DNA of 64,000 bases, taken from the human T2T-CHM13v2.0 reference genome, Homo sapiens. Position 1 is the stretch's first letter. Each line of letters opens with the position of its first letter. The position numbers and the translations under genes were made by a program. Below the pieces are notes generated by a model. It saw only the letters and a list, made by a program, of their open reading frames with translations. It made no database searches and was not told the DNA's origin. Below, in pieces: positions 50,397 through 64,000 of this stretch. Location of the stretch: NCBI RefSeq assembly GCF_009914755.1, contig NC_060938.1; one strand, given 5' to 3'.

Positions 50397-52089
50397 AGGA
50401 AACATTAGAAGGGTGAGTAGGAGTGGGTCTCCAACTCTTTACTTTCATTTCCAAGGCTTCTCACCCTCAGATTTTTAAATTAAACAAAATAGTGGGTCCC
50501 TATCAGCCAATTAAAGATGAATAGCATGGCTGCCAGCCTTACAAGACTCAGGGGACAGGCTTGCTGGAGAGGACTTTGTCAATTCCCCATCGCTGTCATG
50601 TGGTGGGAATGTTGACTCTGTTTCATTCCCGTTTCCTTTCATGAAGGACCTAGCCATCATGTGAGGTTGGAAGGAGGTCCTAGGGCAACTGAGGGCATCT
50701 GGCTAAGGCTATACCTTGGTGTTACCTGCAGTTCCCTGAACTAACTCCAGCCCCTGACAGCCCCTCAGGGTGTTGCCATGAGGACTTTCAGACCTTTTAA
50801 TTGCATTTACTTCCTTCTTTTCATGGCTACTATGTCTCCTATCCCTTATTTATATGCAATGTTGTAGGTATTTTCGCAGCCTGGGGAGATACTCCTGTTA
50901 AGAAAAGTCAGCAAGTGCCTTAGTCACTAGGAATGTAATTCAAAGAATTGTTGCTTCTGCGATTTTCTAGAGATGGGGTAACTTCAGGATTTCACCTTTA
51001 ACTTTCATCTAACAAGGGCCTTTTTGTTTCTCAATAATAGACATTCATGGCACTGTATAGGGGAATATTTCACCCAAAGAAAATACCCTTCTTTCCCCTT
51101 TTTTTTTATAGTCTATGTAAGAGCTCAGCATTGTTCAGTGAATCTTAGCAATCCCTCTATGAGACAAATTAATTTTCCTCTGCTGGGCAGCATATTATGG
51201 GGACAACCTATTAAGGCTCAAATCTCTCTTTCTAACCTTTGCCTGGAAAAAGAATTTGAAGTCAGAGTTTTTACCTAACATTTCAAACCCTACAGTGCCA
51301 CCTACTAGGATGGGAGTTTTCTCTGTGGGGATCCTTTTTGGCCCTTTGCACAAAACCTCTAGTTCCCTGATTCCTTTCTCTTTTATGTCCCTCTCTGTGA
51401 TGAGGCTCCATGCCCTGTTTGTAGACAGGAAAATTCCCCTTTCAACAGCTGGGAGGAAGCTACCCTAGCAAGACAGAATTTGTTTCAGTGCTATCCCCAT
51501 CAGAGGAAAGACAGCCATTCAATTCTTACATTCATTTGAGGCACCTGTTCATTATCCAGCTACTTTGACATCTAAGCAAGAAAGGGATCTTATGTTTAGA
51601 AGTCAATTGGTTCCATTCTCTAGGAACTTATAACTTTGCCAACGCAGTAGTAAGAGGATGTAAGGATAGAGTTAAGACACTCCCTCCATCAAAGGGTCTT
51701 TCCCAAATTCAACTACTGCACAATCTCTCCTGGGGCCCTAAGAATCTCAAGAGCCTTATGGGCCAAGTGGGTCCAGGAAGCCAGCAGGGCGGAGAGCTAG
51801 GGCCTCAAGCAGGTGAACATGACTATTTATGCTGACTAGCTTCTCCAGATCTATTGGTGAAGGTCATGCTTGAATCCATGGGTAGCACCTACGTCAGTTG
51901 CCAGGACCCAAAGGAGATTGGAGAAAAGAGGAGAAGGGGGACACCCTTTCTATCTTTTTCTACACCCTGGGTCACCCTGAAAGGAGGAAGGAGGCTAAGT
52001 GATGCCTTCTCCTCCTCTCTTTTCTAGATAAGTAACAACCTGTCTTCAAGCCTGCCCATGGCTTGATGCAAGAAAACTTGCTTCAAGTT

Positions 52090-53410
52090 TTCTTTAGGCA
52101 AGCTTCAACTTCACTCACACATAGAGGCCTTCCAGGATTTACCCCAAGTATTTAAACTCTCTTGGAATGATGTTATATTACTCTTTTATTATTATTATTA
52201 TTATTATACTTTACGTTCTAGGGTACATGTGCACAACATGCAAGTTTGTTACATATGTATACATGTGCCATGTTGGTGTGCTGCACCCATTAACTCATCA
52301 TTTACATTAGGTATATCTCCTAATGCTATCCCTCCTCCCTCCCCCAACCCCACGACAGGCCCCAGTGTGTGATGTTCCCCACGCTGTGTCCAAGTGTTCT
52401 CATTGTTCAATTCCCACCAATGAGTGAGAACATGCAGTGTTTGGTTTTCTGTCCTTGCAATAGTTTGCTCAGAATGATGGTTTCTGGCTTCATCCATGTC
52501 CCTAAAAAGGACATGAACTCATCCTTTTTTATGGCTGCATAGTATTCCATGGTGTATATGTGCCACATTTTCTTAATTCAGTCTATCATTGATGGACATT
52601 TGGGTTGGTTCCAAGTCTTTGCTATTGTGAATAGTGCTGCAATAAACATATGTGTGCATGTGTCTTCATAGCAGCATGATTTATAATCCTTTGGGTGTAT
52701 GCCCAGTAATGGGATGGCTGGGTCAAATGGTATTTCTAGTTCTAGATCCTCGAGGACTCACCACATTGTCTTCCACAATGGTTGAACTAGTTTACAGTCC
52801 CACCAACAGTGTAAAAGCATTCCTATTTCTCCATATCCTCTTAAAATTCTAACTGCTGCTGAGAAAGAGGCAGCCCTACAGATAGCAGAGAAATCTGGAG
52901 ATGAACAGCATGTCTCCCATAGCCAGTCAAAAAAGAAAGAGTCAAAAAGGGGAAAGAGGGTGAGAAAGAGACAGAATCCCCATTCCCAGTAGGAAGAGAG
53001 GCAGTGTCCCTTGAAAACCTTAATTGGAAGCCTAGTAATCCCATAGATGAGTGGAAAATAAAACACTTTCAGATGTGTATATCAGAGGGCTTACAAAGGA
53101 CCAGAGCCAAACCTGTTAACTACTCTAAGCTATCAATGATAGATAAAAAGCTAGATGAAAATCTCTCAGTCTTTTTAGAAAGCCTGAGAGGGCTTTGGTA
53201 AAACACACTTATCTCCTAATTCAATTGAGGGACAGCTAATCTTGAAAGACAAGCTTACTCAGGTGGCCCCTGACATCAGAAGCAAGCTTCAGAATCAGGC
53301 TATAGGACCAGATGGCACGTTAGAAAACCTCCTAAGGGTAGCCACTTCAGTCTTTTATAATAGGAACCAGGAGGAGGCCCTGGAAAGGGAGAGGAAACAC
53401 ATAAAAAAGG
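52090..53410 (+). pseudogene. gag: ERV gag (capsid) remnant interrupted by an L1
   Basis: ORFs 53004..53201 (KPVNYSKLSMIDKKLDENLSVFLESLR, MHR-like) and 53242..53460 (APDIRSKLQ...LLRVATSVFYNRNQEE) resemble HERV-W/H/9-type Gag; frameshifted. Confidence 0.85.
52186..52841 (-). mobile_element. 5'-truncated L1PA5-like inserted in gag
   Basis: 3'UTR tttacattagg and tttgctcagaatg; ctctt on both sides; gag resumes after it. Confidence 0.9.
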
Positions 53411-53739
53411 CAGAAAGAGGGATACCTTGGAATGGAATGCAGGTCTGGAACTCCATGTAAGCCCTCACTTCAAGACAGCCTGGTAAAGTTGTCAGTAACA
53501 ACCTTTGCTGCAGGCCTCCGTCTTGTTTTACATACTTGAGTGTGACCTGTAACCATGTCACAGTACTTTTTTTAGCCTTTGCCATTTTACAATGGCGCAC
53601 GGGTTCAATCCTGGCTTGGGGAATGAATACTTTCAAATTAATAGCTATGTGACTTTTACCATTTGCTAATTCTCTTCCCCCTCCATGAACAACTGCTAAC
53701 TTCCTTTCTTAAATCTTTCTTTCTCTAAGTTGCCTTTAA

Positions 53740-54055
<316 letters not shown>

Positions 54056-57000
54056 AAAACTTCTGGGTTTTGTAAAAGCTGCTTATCAGCCCTTTGAAAA
54101 TACGTTGTACACTCGAGGTTTAGTCATAACCTAATGGAGTCTTGTTGGTTTCACCTGTGAGATTACTTTTGATAAAGTTCAAAAGTCAGAAATATTAACT
54201 TTTTGGTGTGCCTAAAGTTGGGTAACAATGAATTTAAAAGGATTTTCTTAAAGAGCACTCAGCTTAATTAAAAGTGGATATCCAAGTTATAGGTATATTT
54301 AAAAGACCTTTATGTTTTTCTCTTCTTGGATCTTGTTTTTCTGGAAAAGGTTTCTTTCTCAGTTGACTGAATTACTTTTCTCCACTCTGTCTTGCCACTC
54401 TTGGTGCATGCATGGAAGGCCCTAAGATAATTTCTGATGGCCTGGGGCTTTTTGGTAAAAACGGAAGATGCACCATGGATTCCATTTTGGGAGAAACCTC
54501 TGTTTTCCTTGTGGAACCCTAGGAATTAGAGGCAGATAGATAAAAATCTGTTTTTGTCTTCCAGCTATACCTATTTATTAGGCCCTAGAAACTGCATGCT
54601 TTTTAAGCCCTGCTCTTAATGGACCCTTCCCAGAGGCCAATAATCCAATTAGGAGATTGACATATGAAAAATCTTATAACTACTTGATCTTCTTCTGTTT
54701 GTCTATGTAGTTATATATGTGTTGTGTGTGATATCTGTAAAAAGAGCTCTAATTAATTGGCTTAAAGAAAAATAAATGCTTAAATCAAATATTTTTATAG
54801 GAAAGATAAAAGCAATAATGTCTTTTAGTTCACATGACTTTAAGAAATAAAAATAGTTTTAAAGATAATTGGTAAAATGCAAATTTTGTCAAAATGTAAA
54901 TAGGGGTTCTAAATCATGTATGTCAGATACTAGGCTTGCTAAATGTTTCAAGGTTGTAAACTGCCTGCTTTACAACTTGGCAAGCCATGGGACATGTGAA
55001 ATTAACCATGCCCCTAACTATGCTGGATAGATTCAGGACTTATCTGCACCTAGTATATAATTAAAACAACATACCAGGTTTTACATTAAAGTTAAAAAAT
55101 GCTAGAAGTTACCATTATAACATGTAATTGAGACTACTGAAATTCGATTTACATGCAAGGTGTGTAAAAACAGTAAAATATGTTTTTAGTAAAAGATTAT
55201 AAGTAAACATGAAAATGTAAATTTTGCCTAGGGTTAAAAGATTGTCTTAAATTAGATAAAATACAGCTGAAAGTTCAAGCAAGTTGTGGAGAGACTGTAA
55301 AAATTAATCTTGCAAAGGAAACTGTGTGTGTGGACATATTGACCAAATTCAAAAGGGTGTTATAAGATTTTTGTAAATTGAGCACTGAAATAAAAGAACA
55401 GTAAGGTTTTCTTAAGATGCAATTCTGCTCTTTAGCAAAATTTGTAAAGGTTTATGAAAGGTTTGTAAGAATATCACCTCAGTCAAACTGATTAAGATTA
55501 GATAGAATTCTCTATAAGGTTTCATTAAAAATTGGGGTTGACACTAATAGTAAACTAATGCAAGGGTGAAGTTTGCCTTTCTCCCTCTTGAAAAGGATTT
55601 TCATGTAATAGTAAAGGCTAATAAAAGGATTTTGCCTTTTTAAATTTTTGAGTCATCATTTTGGGAAAATAAATAACTTATAGTAATCTGTAATTATATT
55701 TCATAATATCAAGTTTTTATACCTCTAAATTTAACAGTCTCCCCAAAATTAAATTTCAGTTTCAAAATTGTCTCTCCTGATGCCTAGCTTTTGGTTGTGA
55801 CAGAGGGCCTCTGGAGCATCCAGAAAAGAGGTAAACAGGATTATTTAACATGTTTAGATACAAGGGATTGCCACAGTGATGTGTAATCTTCTTCAGTTTT
55901 TATTTCGGTAAATAATATTAATATATGTTCCAAAATCATATGGGATATCTAATGTTCTAATGTCTGAACATATGCTGTCAATGATAATTAGGTTTATTAT
56001 GTTAAGCTATTGTAACTACAGAAATAACCAAATGTCTTCACCAATCATGTTCTTGCCTGTAACAACCCTGGAAATTTTGTCATTTACAGACAACTGTTGT
56101 CTTGTTTTAATTCTCTTCAAAAGATGGTTTATGATCAACTGTAGGACTTTAACAAGTGCTCTCAAATGCAGTTTTCTGATAAAAGAAAAATGTACACAAC
56201 TCACGAAAAGCTGAAGTGGTTATGAATATCAAGCAGAATAAGAGTTAAAGAAATAGACTGAGCTAATAGGAAACTGAAGTAATTGTTCTAAATTTTTTGC
56301 TTAAAACATTGCTTATCCTTGTTTTGTTTTTCAGAGTCAAGGAAACTTTTCCTTTAAGCTAGCTATAGCTTCTAATAATTGACTAAGTTACACTCCTGTG
56401 AACAAAATTTGGGGACTATTTGTTTCTCTCTGCCTGGCTTCTCCAGAATTTGGAAACTCTTTTTGAGTATTCTTGACTTATGGCAATATGGTTGTTTGCA
56501 TCAGTGCAATAAGAATCCATTTTCTTTTGCAACAGGATGAATTTGGAGAAAATGGTTGATTCCCTTTAAGGAATCAAGGTTAGCCTGCAGAGCTAATAAA
56601 AGCCCCTTGGGAAAACTTGCCTGATACCTTGTCTACACACTCTCTGTACAGGATTGCTAATCTGTGGTGAGTAAATACTATCACTTTCTAATAGGCCCAG
56701 GAACACTTTGTTCTTGGGACCTCAAAAAAATAGGAATTCACCTAACTCATAGGTATTTGAGGATACAAACCCATGGCTGGGCTGGACTTTAAAAAGTTCT
56801 ATCTGAGATTCTTTGTGGAACAGAGTTCCATAAAGCCAATTTAAAAGGCTTATGTAAAAATAATTATTCTTGCTGCACTTTATGCAAATAATAAGGCCAA
56901 GTATAAAACTAAAGTGTAGTTTACAAACAACTCAGTTCTATCATGATTTGTTTTTAACAAAAATGATAATTGGAGAGAGAAAAATTATCGTATGCTTATC

Positions 57001-57385
57001 ATTAAATTCTAATCTCATTAGTTTTTTAAAGTTCTTGCCTACGTTTTAGACTAACCCTGCTTATTCCTGTAACCAACCAGCAATCTCTGGCTGCAGCTCA
57101 GAAGAAACAAAAAGGGATGAATAATGTAAAAATCTGGATCAATATTCAAGTTCTGGACAATTATCCTGCAAATCCTGCCTGTTAATGGGAATAAATAGGG
57201 TGCCCATAACCTGGAGGTTTCTTTGTTTGAAAAATAAAACTAAGGAAGTTAACCAAAGCCAAGCCCCATGCATTCAAATCTTGGTAGACATAACTATAGT
57301 CACCAGCGATCTGGTTGTGTTGGCAGCCTTGAGTTGTCTTTACCCTCCACCCTTGTTTCATTTTAATACATATCCTCTAATAACC

Positions 57386-57502
57386 GAAATTGTTTCTTCT
57401 CACATAAAGGCTATCAAGCTCCAAACGCTAATGCAAATAAAACCACACATGGACGTGCCTTTTATCCAAGGACCCCCAGACCAGCCCCAGGAGGAAACCT
57501 AG
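57386..57502 (+). pseudogene. env: ERV env cytoplasmic-tail remnant
   Basis: IVSSHIKAIKLQTLMQIKPHMDVPFIQGPPDQP resembles the ERV1 TM tail pattern VSSRIEAxKLQM...EP...PLDRP; located just before the PPT and 3' LTR. Confidence 0.7.
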
Positions 57503-57592
57503 CTGCTGTTCCCCTCACAACACCTTTCTCCAGTAGTATCATCACCCCACCTACCTAACAGAAGTTAGGGTCTCTACCCCTGAAGGGGAGAA

Positions 57593-58217
57593 TGAGAGAG
57601 AACAAAGAAAGAAACTGGTCAGTCAGGCAGTTTGGGTGGATCCTTGGTTGAATTCTTTCAAGCAAAAGAACAGCCTGAAAACTCAAGCTCCAGGCACAGA
57701 TAAGGGAACTTGCACAGGGGAGCTTGCCTAGGACATGCCCACAGCTGCATAGATAAGAAAGCCTACACAGGTGACTTGCCCAGACATCTCTGCAACGGAA
57801 AATTCCATCCCCTAACACGTGCAGTAAGGGGAACAAAGTGCAGTAAGGGGAACACATGCGCAGTAAGGGGAACAAAGCAATATGGAGTAACTCAAGCTAT
57901 GGGCCCTCGTGCACACTGGGAGGACAAAGTGGAGCTACCAGAAATTCACACCTTATGCAAATGAGACATCCAGCCTTCATTTTTTTTTTTTTTTTTTTGA
58001 TATAAAAGCCTTTGCATTCAACTGTAAAAATGGCAACCCTCTTCTGGGTCCCCTCTCTGTACCAGAGAGCTTTCTTCTTTCACTTACTAAACTTTCACTC
58101 CAACCTTACCCTTTGATTCCACACTCCTTAATTCTCTTGGTCATCAGACAAAGAACTCTGAGTGATACCTCACAATTAAAGACTGCTACATTGTGGTGCA
58201 TTGGCAAGACTGTTACA
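57593..58217 (+). promoter_or_regulatory. 3' LTR (LTR9-like)
   Basis: Homologous to the 5' LTR; gagcttgcct-a-ggacatgccc at 57720-57740; atgcaaat at 57955-57962. Confidence 0.85.
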
Positions 58218-59083
58218 TCATGAGGGATGGCTATTGTATATCTTACTCTTCAATTCTGTGAGATCTCTGTTACTACAATAATACTGTGATCTGTGAAACA
58301 GGTTTAGTGTGTCTTTGTTTTCTGTATTTGTAAAAAATAAAAGTAATGAAGAAAGGCTTCAAATCCAGGACTGATGGCACTTGAATTAAAAATGCTAAAA
58401 ATAAAACAAACTAGCATCATTCACATTGGAATGATGGTTTGTATAATAAAAATTTTGGTATCACAGGAAAATTCTTAGAAATAACTGGCTGTATATTGAA
58501 GAGCACTTATCAAAGAGTTAAGGTGGGTCATATATAGTCCATGTTAATATGAGTTCATCCCAGAGAGGGCATGTTGATTTGGTGTGAGACAGTAAGTTAA
58601 TTAGTGCAGTAAATTAATATAGCATGCAAGTGACAATACTGTATCCAAAGCAATTTATTGGTGTTAATGTCTTTATTTGCAAATGCACAAAGTTCGCCTG
58701 TTGAAATGGATGTTTTAATATATACTATAAATTGCCTCTGAACTTGTACTTTTTTAAATTAGCTGTAGTTTGGTTAAATTTGTGTGAGAGTGCTTGAGAA
58801 GAACTTTCCTTCTTAACCCTGCATAATTGAGTATTTGTGTTTTATATATATAGGAAGGTAGGCACTGCCAAGGCCATAGGCAGAATTTTGAAAGATTACT
58901 TGTCTTCTGGTGGCTTCAGGCTCCCCTTTTCTTGCATTTTCTTTACTTCAGAGCTTGCTTTTCTTTTCTCTGACTTAAATTTTGAGTGTCCAGGCTTTTT
59001 CTTTTTTCAAATGCAACTCTTGGGACAGTATCTAAAACAGGCTTATACTAAAGTTTAAGAATCTGATAAAATGTTTTATTCTT

Positions 59084-61079
59084 TTTTTTATTATTAAAAA
59101 AATTTTTTTATTATATTTTAAGTTTTAGGGTATATGTGCACAACGTGCAGGTTTGTTACATATGTATACATGGGCCATGTTGGTATGTTGCACCCACTAA
59201 CTCGTCATTTAGCATTAGGTATATCTCCTAATGCTATCCATCCCCCTTCTCCCCACCCCACAACAGGCCCTGGTATGTGATGTTCCCCTTCTTGTGTCCA
59301 TGTGTTCTCATTGTTCAATTCCCACCTATGAGTGAGAACATGTGGTGTTTGGTTTTATGTCCTTGTGATAGTTTGCTGAGAATGATGGTTTCCAGCTTCA
59401 TCCATGTCCCTACAAAGGACATGAACTCATCCTTTTTTATGGCTGCATAGTATTCCATGGTGTATATGTGCCACATTTTCTTAATCTAGTCTATCATTGT
59501 TGGACATTTGGATTGGTTGCAAGTCTTTGCTATTGTGAATAGTGCCGCAATAAACATATGTATGCATGTGTCTTTATAGCAGCATGATTTATAATCCTTT
59601 GGGTATATACCCAGTAATGGGATGGCTGGGTCAAATGGTATTTCTAGTTCTAGATCCCTGAGGAATCGCCACACTGACTTCCACAATGGTTGAACTAGTT
59701 TACAGTCCCACCAATGGTGTAAAAGTGCTCCCATTTCTCCACATCCTCTCCAGCACCTGTTGTTTCCTGACTTTTTAATGATCGCCATTCTAACTGGTGT
59801 GAGATGGTATCTCATTGTGGTTTTGATTTGCATTTCTCTGATGGCCAGTGATGATGAGCATTTTTTCATGTGTCTGTTGGCTGCATAAATGTCTTCTTTT
59901 GAGAAGTGTCTGTTCATATCCTTTGCCCACTTTTTGATGGGGTTGTTTGTTTTTTTCTTGTAAATTTGTTGGAGTTCATTGTAGATTCTGGATATTAGCT
60001 CTTTGTCAGATGAGTAGATTGCAAAAATTTTCTCCCATTCTGTAGATTGCCTGTTCACTCTGATGGTAGTTTCTTTTGCTGTGCAGAAGCTCTTTAGTTT
60101 AATTAGATCCCATTTGTCAATTTTGGCTTTTGTTTCCATTGCTTTTGGTATTTTAGACATGAAGTCCTTGCCCATGCCTATGTCCTGAATGGTATTGCTT
60201 AGGTTTTCTTCTAGGGTTTTTATGGTTTTAGGTCTAACATTTAAGTCTTTAATCCATCTTGAATTAATTGCCAAATACGAACAGCTCCAGTCTACAGCTC
60301 CCAGGGTGAGCAATGCAGAAGATGGGTGATTTCTGCATTTCCAACTGAGGTACCGAGTTCATCTCTCTGGGGAGAGTCGGACAGTAGGCGCAGGACAGTG
60401 GGTGCAGCGCACTGAGTGTGAGCTGAAGCAGAGCAAGGCATAGCCTCAACCAGGAAGCGCAAGGGGTCAGGGAATTCCCTTTCCTATCAAAGAAAGGCGT
60501 GACAGACGGCACCTGGAAAATTGGGTCACTCCCACCCTAATACTGCGCTTTTTCAACGGTCCTAGCAAACAGCACACAGGAGATTATATACGTGCCTGTC
60601 TCGGAGGGTCCTACGCCCACAGAGCCTTGCTCATTGTTAGCACAGCAGTCTGAGATCAAACTGCAAGGCAGCAAGGAGGCTGGGGGAGGGGCACCTGCCA
60701 TTGCCGAGGAGGATTGAGTAGGTAAACAAAGCAGCTGGGAAGCTCCAACAGGGTGGAGCCCACTGCAGCTCAAGGAGACCTGCCTGCCTCTGTAGACTCC
60801 ACCTCTGGGGGCAGGGCATAGCCAAACAAAAGGCAGCAGAAAACTCTGCAGACTTAACTGTCCCTGTGTGACAGCTTTGAAGAGAGTAGTGGTTCTCCCA
60901 GCACGCAGCTTGAGATCTGAGAACGGACAGACTGCCTCCTCAAGTGGGTCCCTGACCCCCGAGTAGCCTAACTGAGAGGTACCCCCCAGTAGGGGCAGAC
61001 TGACCTCTCACAAGGCCAGGCACCCCTCTGAGACAAAACTTCCAGAGGAACGATCAGGCAGCAACATTCACTGTTCACC
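59084..61079 (-). mobile_element. L1PA4-like with 5' inversion: minus-strand 3' 1.19 kb joined to a plus-strand 5'UTR
   Basis: Junction gaattaatt|gccaaatacgaacagctcc at 60269/60270; perfect 14-bp TSD aatgttttattctt at 59070-59083 and 61080-61093. Confidence 0.95.
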
Positions 61080-61119
61080 AATGTTTTATTCTTAAGCTTA
61101 TTATCAATAATATGCCTTA

Positions 61120-62000
61120 TATTTATTTAGCATTTTATACTTTACATAACACTTCCACATTCCATGAATCATTTAATCACCACCTCAATTCTGTAAGGTA
61201 GGTGGCTTTTCAGTTTTTACGAATGATGAAACTGAGACTCAGATACTAAAACAGGGCTTTGAGTTCAGGTCTCCAAACTTTGGCTTTCCATAGTAATAGC
61301 TGTCTTATTAGAACATTGCACATTTGTAGCAATTAAAAATTGAAGCAAATAAAATACTCTCCAATTGCAGAATTTCTGATATCACTTGTCTACAGTGAGC
61401 TGTTTTTCTCTGTTTAACCATGTCATTTTTTCCATGATCACAGGCTCACAGGCAGTAGAAAGAAATGACAGATTACTAGGATGAAAGCATGGGGGTAGGG
61501 AACATACCATTTAATTTAGGGGAAAATAACTCTATGTACTTCAATAGTCTCTTAAGTTTACTACAAAGAATTATGTAATGGTTAAGGCAATGTAGTATGG
61601 TGGAAGGAATATGGTCTTTGGAATCCTGCAGACATGGAATTTGAACCCTATCTATCCTAGATATGCCACTTACCAGCTATGTGACTTTGGGTAAAGTAAT
61701 TGAACTTCTCCTGAGTTTCATTTTCTTCATCTGTAATTAGCGCTATTACTACCTGTTTCATGGGACTGTTGTGAGAATTCATTGAAAAACGTGAAATTAA
61801 AGTAAGAGCAGTTATTATTTGAGCACTTTCTAAATGCTCCCTTAATTTGTACAACTAAGGGATAGGTCCTATTGTTATTAAAATTTAATAGATGAAGAAT
61901 CTAAGCTTAAAGACATTTACCAACATGCCCAAAGTCACACAACTATTAATAGTAATCTCTGCACCAGTGTTCATTCCCAAGTCCACCTGATTCTTATTCT
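61120..62000. mobile_element. Three MIR fragments (-, +, -)
   Basis: gatgaaactgagactcag near 61225; gccacttaccagctatgtgactttgggtaa near 61665; atgcccaaagtcacacaacta near 61925. Confidence 0.7.
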
Positions 62001-62074
62001 GATGTCTATGCCACATAGTATGTAATACTCAATACTTTTCATTGAATGGACAGCATTTGTAATAATGATTGTTT

Positions 62075-62560
62075 TTGTCTGTCCAGTAATACTTCCTCCC
62101 TTCTTCTGTTAACAGTACTCATCTTATTTTGGGAAACTAGATTTCAGCCACTCTAACCAATGGAACTCTCACCCCCTAGCCATGGTGATTAGTACAAGAA
62201 GTGGGCATGTGACTCAGTAAAGTCAGTCAGAACACTTCTTTGTGTTATATACAAAAGAGTGAGAAGTCCTTTAGTTTCTTTAGGATTGCTGTAGTAGGAT
62301 GATATAATCTGGAAACTGAAAAATAACTGAATTACTGATAATATAAGCCAATCACTTCCTCCACAGAAATGGAGGATGCCATCTGAAGTAAGAGATAAAA
62401 GATAATGCAGAGAGGAATGAAGATAAGAATGGAGAAAGAATCTTGATGATAGAGATAATAAGTTCCTGAGTCAAGATTTCATATAGTCCAGTGAGCCAAT
62501 ATAGTCCCTGCATTTGCGTGACCTAATTTGAGTTGGATTTCTGATACTCACAACTAAAAG
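62075..62560 (+). mobile_element. Old MLT1 (J/K-like) LTR
   Basis: gtgggcatgtgactcag...gtgagccaata...tttgagttggatttctgatactcacaactaaaag. Confidence 0.55.
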
Positions 62561-62849
62561 TAATGAAGAGGTTAAAGTGTTGTCAGTTGTTTTAAATGCA
62601 TATTGTAATGACTTTCTACTATAAGGGTTTAAAATAAAATAATTTTGTGCTTAAAAATAAAGACAATTGTATGAAAAATTTTAGTTATAATTTCTCAGGG
62701 AGACTAAAAAATGAAGTATGATTTTGTGTTAACAATATCTTGAATATATGACACAATAGTGAGTCATAATTCACTATGTATTATAGTTATCTAAAATACA
62801 AGAGAAAATGTTTTGACTAATTTGGTACTTTTATAAAAATATATTTTAA

Positions 62850-63170
62850 TCTCTCTGCTTGGAAAGCTCTTCCTACAAATACTCAAGTAGCTCCCTCTCA
62901 TAGTTTATTCAAGTCCCTGACCCACATTACAGTGAGGCTCTCCCTGATGATTTTATCTAAAACGTATCCGACTTCTGTTCTACATTACAGTGAGGCTCTC
63001 TCCCTGAGTATTTGATCTCAAAAGCACCTACTTCTCAACATGTTTTTTGCTTCATGGAATTTATAACTACTGGACATTGTACTCTACATGTTGGTTTGTC
63101 ACTGTCTTCCACACTAGAATATAAACTTCATGAGAATAGGGGTTTTGTCTCATTATTGAATGAGTGAGTC
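62850..63170 (+). mobile_element. L2 3' fragment
   Basis: ctctgcttggaaagctcttcc...cactagaatataaacttcatgagaatagggg. Confidence 0.6.
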
Positions 63171-63211
63171 CTTTTAGGTAGACTATTAGCTATGGAAGTA
63201 GAGTAATTCAT

Positions 63212-63779
63212 TGTGGCAAAAATAAGAGTATCAGAGACAGGCTGGCTGACTAGCTTTGATCAAATTTACATTCCTCTCTTGCTGATGACATGTCAAGTCC
63301 ATGTTTTTCAGTCTACCTTGTAGTTGGGCATGACCATATGATGAATTAAGATTTGAAAAGGAATGCTGTACACTGCTCCAGGGCCTGATTCATAAAACCT
63401 ACCATGCATAGGGTTGTAGTCATCTTACTGTGCCTAGGACAGTTACAGGTTATACTTCGTCAAGCCGAATTAGTGGCCCTTTCACTCCCTAAAGTAGCCC
63501 AGTTTAGACAAATTATATAGACAGCATACGTATGCAAGACATGCCAGGCCCTTTCCTCTTTTGCAGCATGTTGCACACAAGCCCTGTGACTCTGGAAGCT
63601 GCACATTACAGATTGTGTAGCCACCAGAAGGAAGGATGCTGATACTTGAATCTCTCTTCAGAGAGAGCTGCTCATCTACCTGCTTTGAACTTTGAGTAAG
63701 AAAAAATTATTTTATCCTTGAGCTATTATATAATTTGGATTTGTTTATTACAGCAATTGGCCTACCCTCACTAATAGAG
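63212..63779 (+). mobile_element. Old MLT1 LTR containing a MER94-like hAT element (63409-63528)
   Basis: tagttgggcatgaccatatga...ttgtttattacagca; insert cctttcactccctaaagtagcccagtttagacaaattatat resembles reverse MER94. Confidence 0.55.
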
Positions 63780-64000
63780 AAATATAAAAGTCAAATTGTT
63801 AGTATGCAAAATATATAAAATTAGGAAAATACATGCTTATTTTTAACTGATAAATATACAATTTGACATGCCAATTGTAAATTGGTTTAAAGAGCTCATT
63901 GAATTAGTATAATATTTCAGCGTTTGATGATTTGTTTTATAACACTAATGTTGTTAGTAAAAATCAACTCAGAGTCATAATAAATTGAGTCTGGACTGTC

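Noticed and set aside
57185-57502. 105-aa ORF as an intact env or syncytin-like gene
   Set aside because: Only the last ~39 residues resemble an Env tail; there is no SU, fusion peptide or immunosuppressive domain

Overview
AT-rich, CpG-poor primate (human-like) genomic DNA made mostly of interspersed repeats. It holds about 15 Alus, many L1s (nearly all on the minus strand), L2/MIR fragments, MaLR/ERVL/ERV1 solo LTRs, two DNA-transposon relics and one two-LTR ERV1 provirus (LTR9/HUERS-P3-like, 49814-58217) with gag and env-tail remnants. I recognise no intact protein-coding gene, RNA gene or CpG island; nearly all ORFs in the track are Alu, L1, ERV or microsatellite read-throughs. The most unusual signals are: (i) a full-length L1PA7/8-like element carrying several self-templated, partly inverted insertions that move sequence between its ORF1 and 5'UTR; (ii) two L1PA4-like copies about 24 kb apart sharing apparently private substitutions; (iii) a twin-primed L1 lacking about 4 kb but keeping an inverted 5'UTR; (iv) proviral LTRs with p53 and octamer motifs and an apparently captured copy of the LTR-end/PBS. 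Subfamily names come from remembered consensus motifs and need RepeatMasker/Dfam confirmation. I cannot support a claim of a new gene system.
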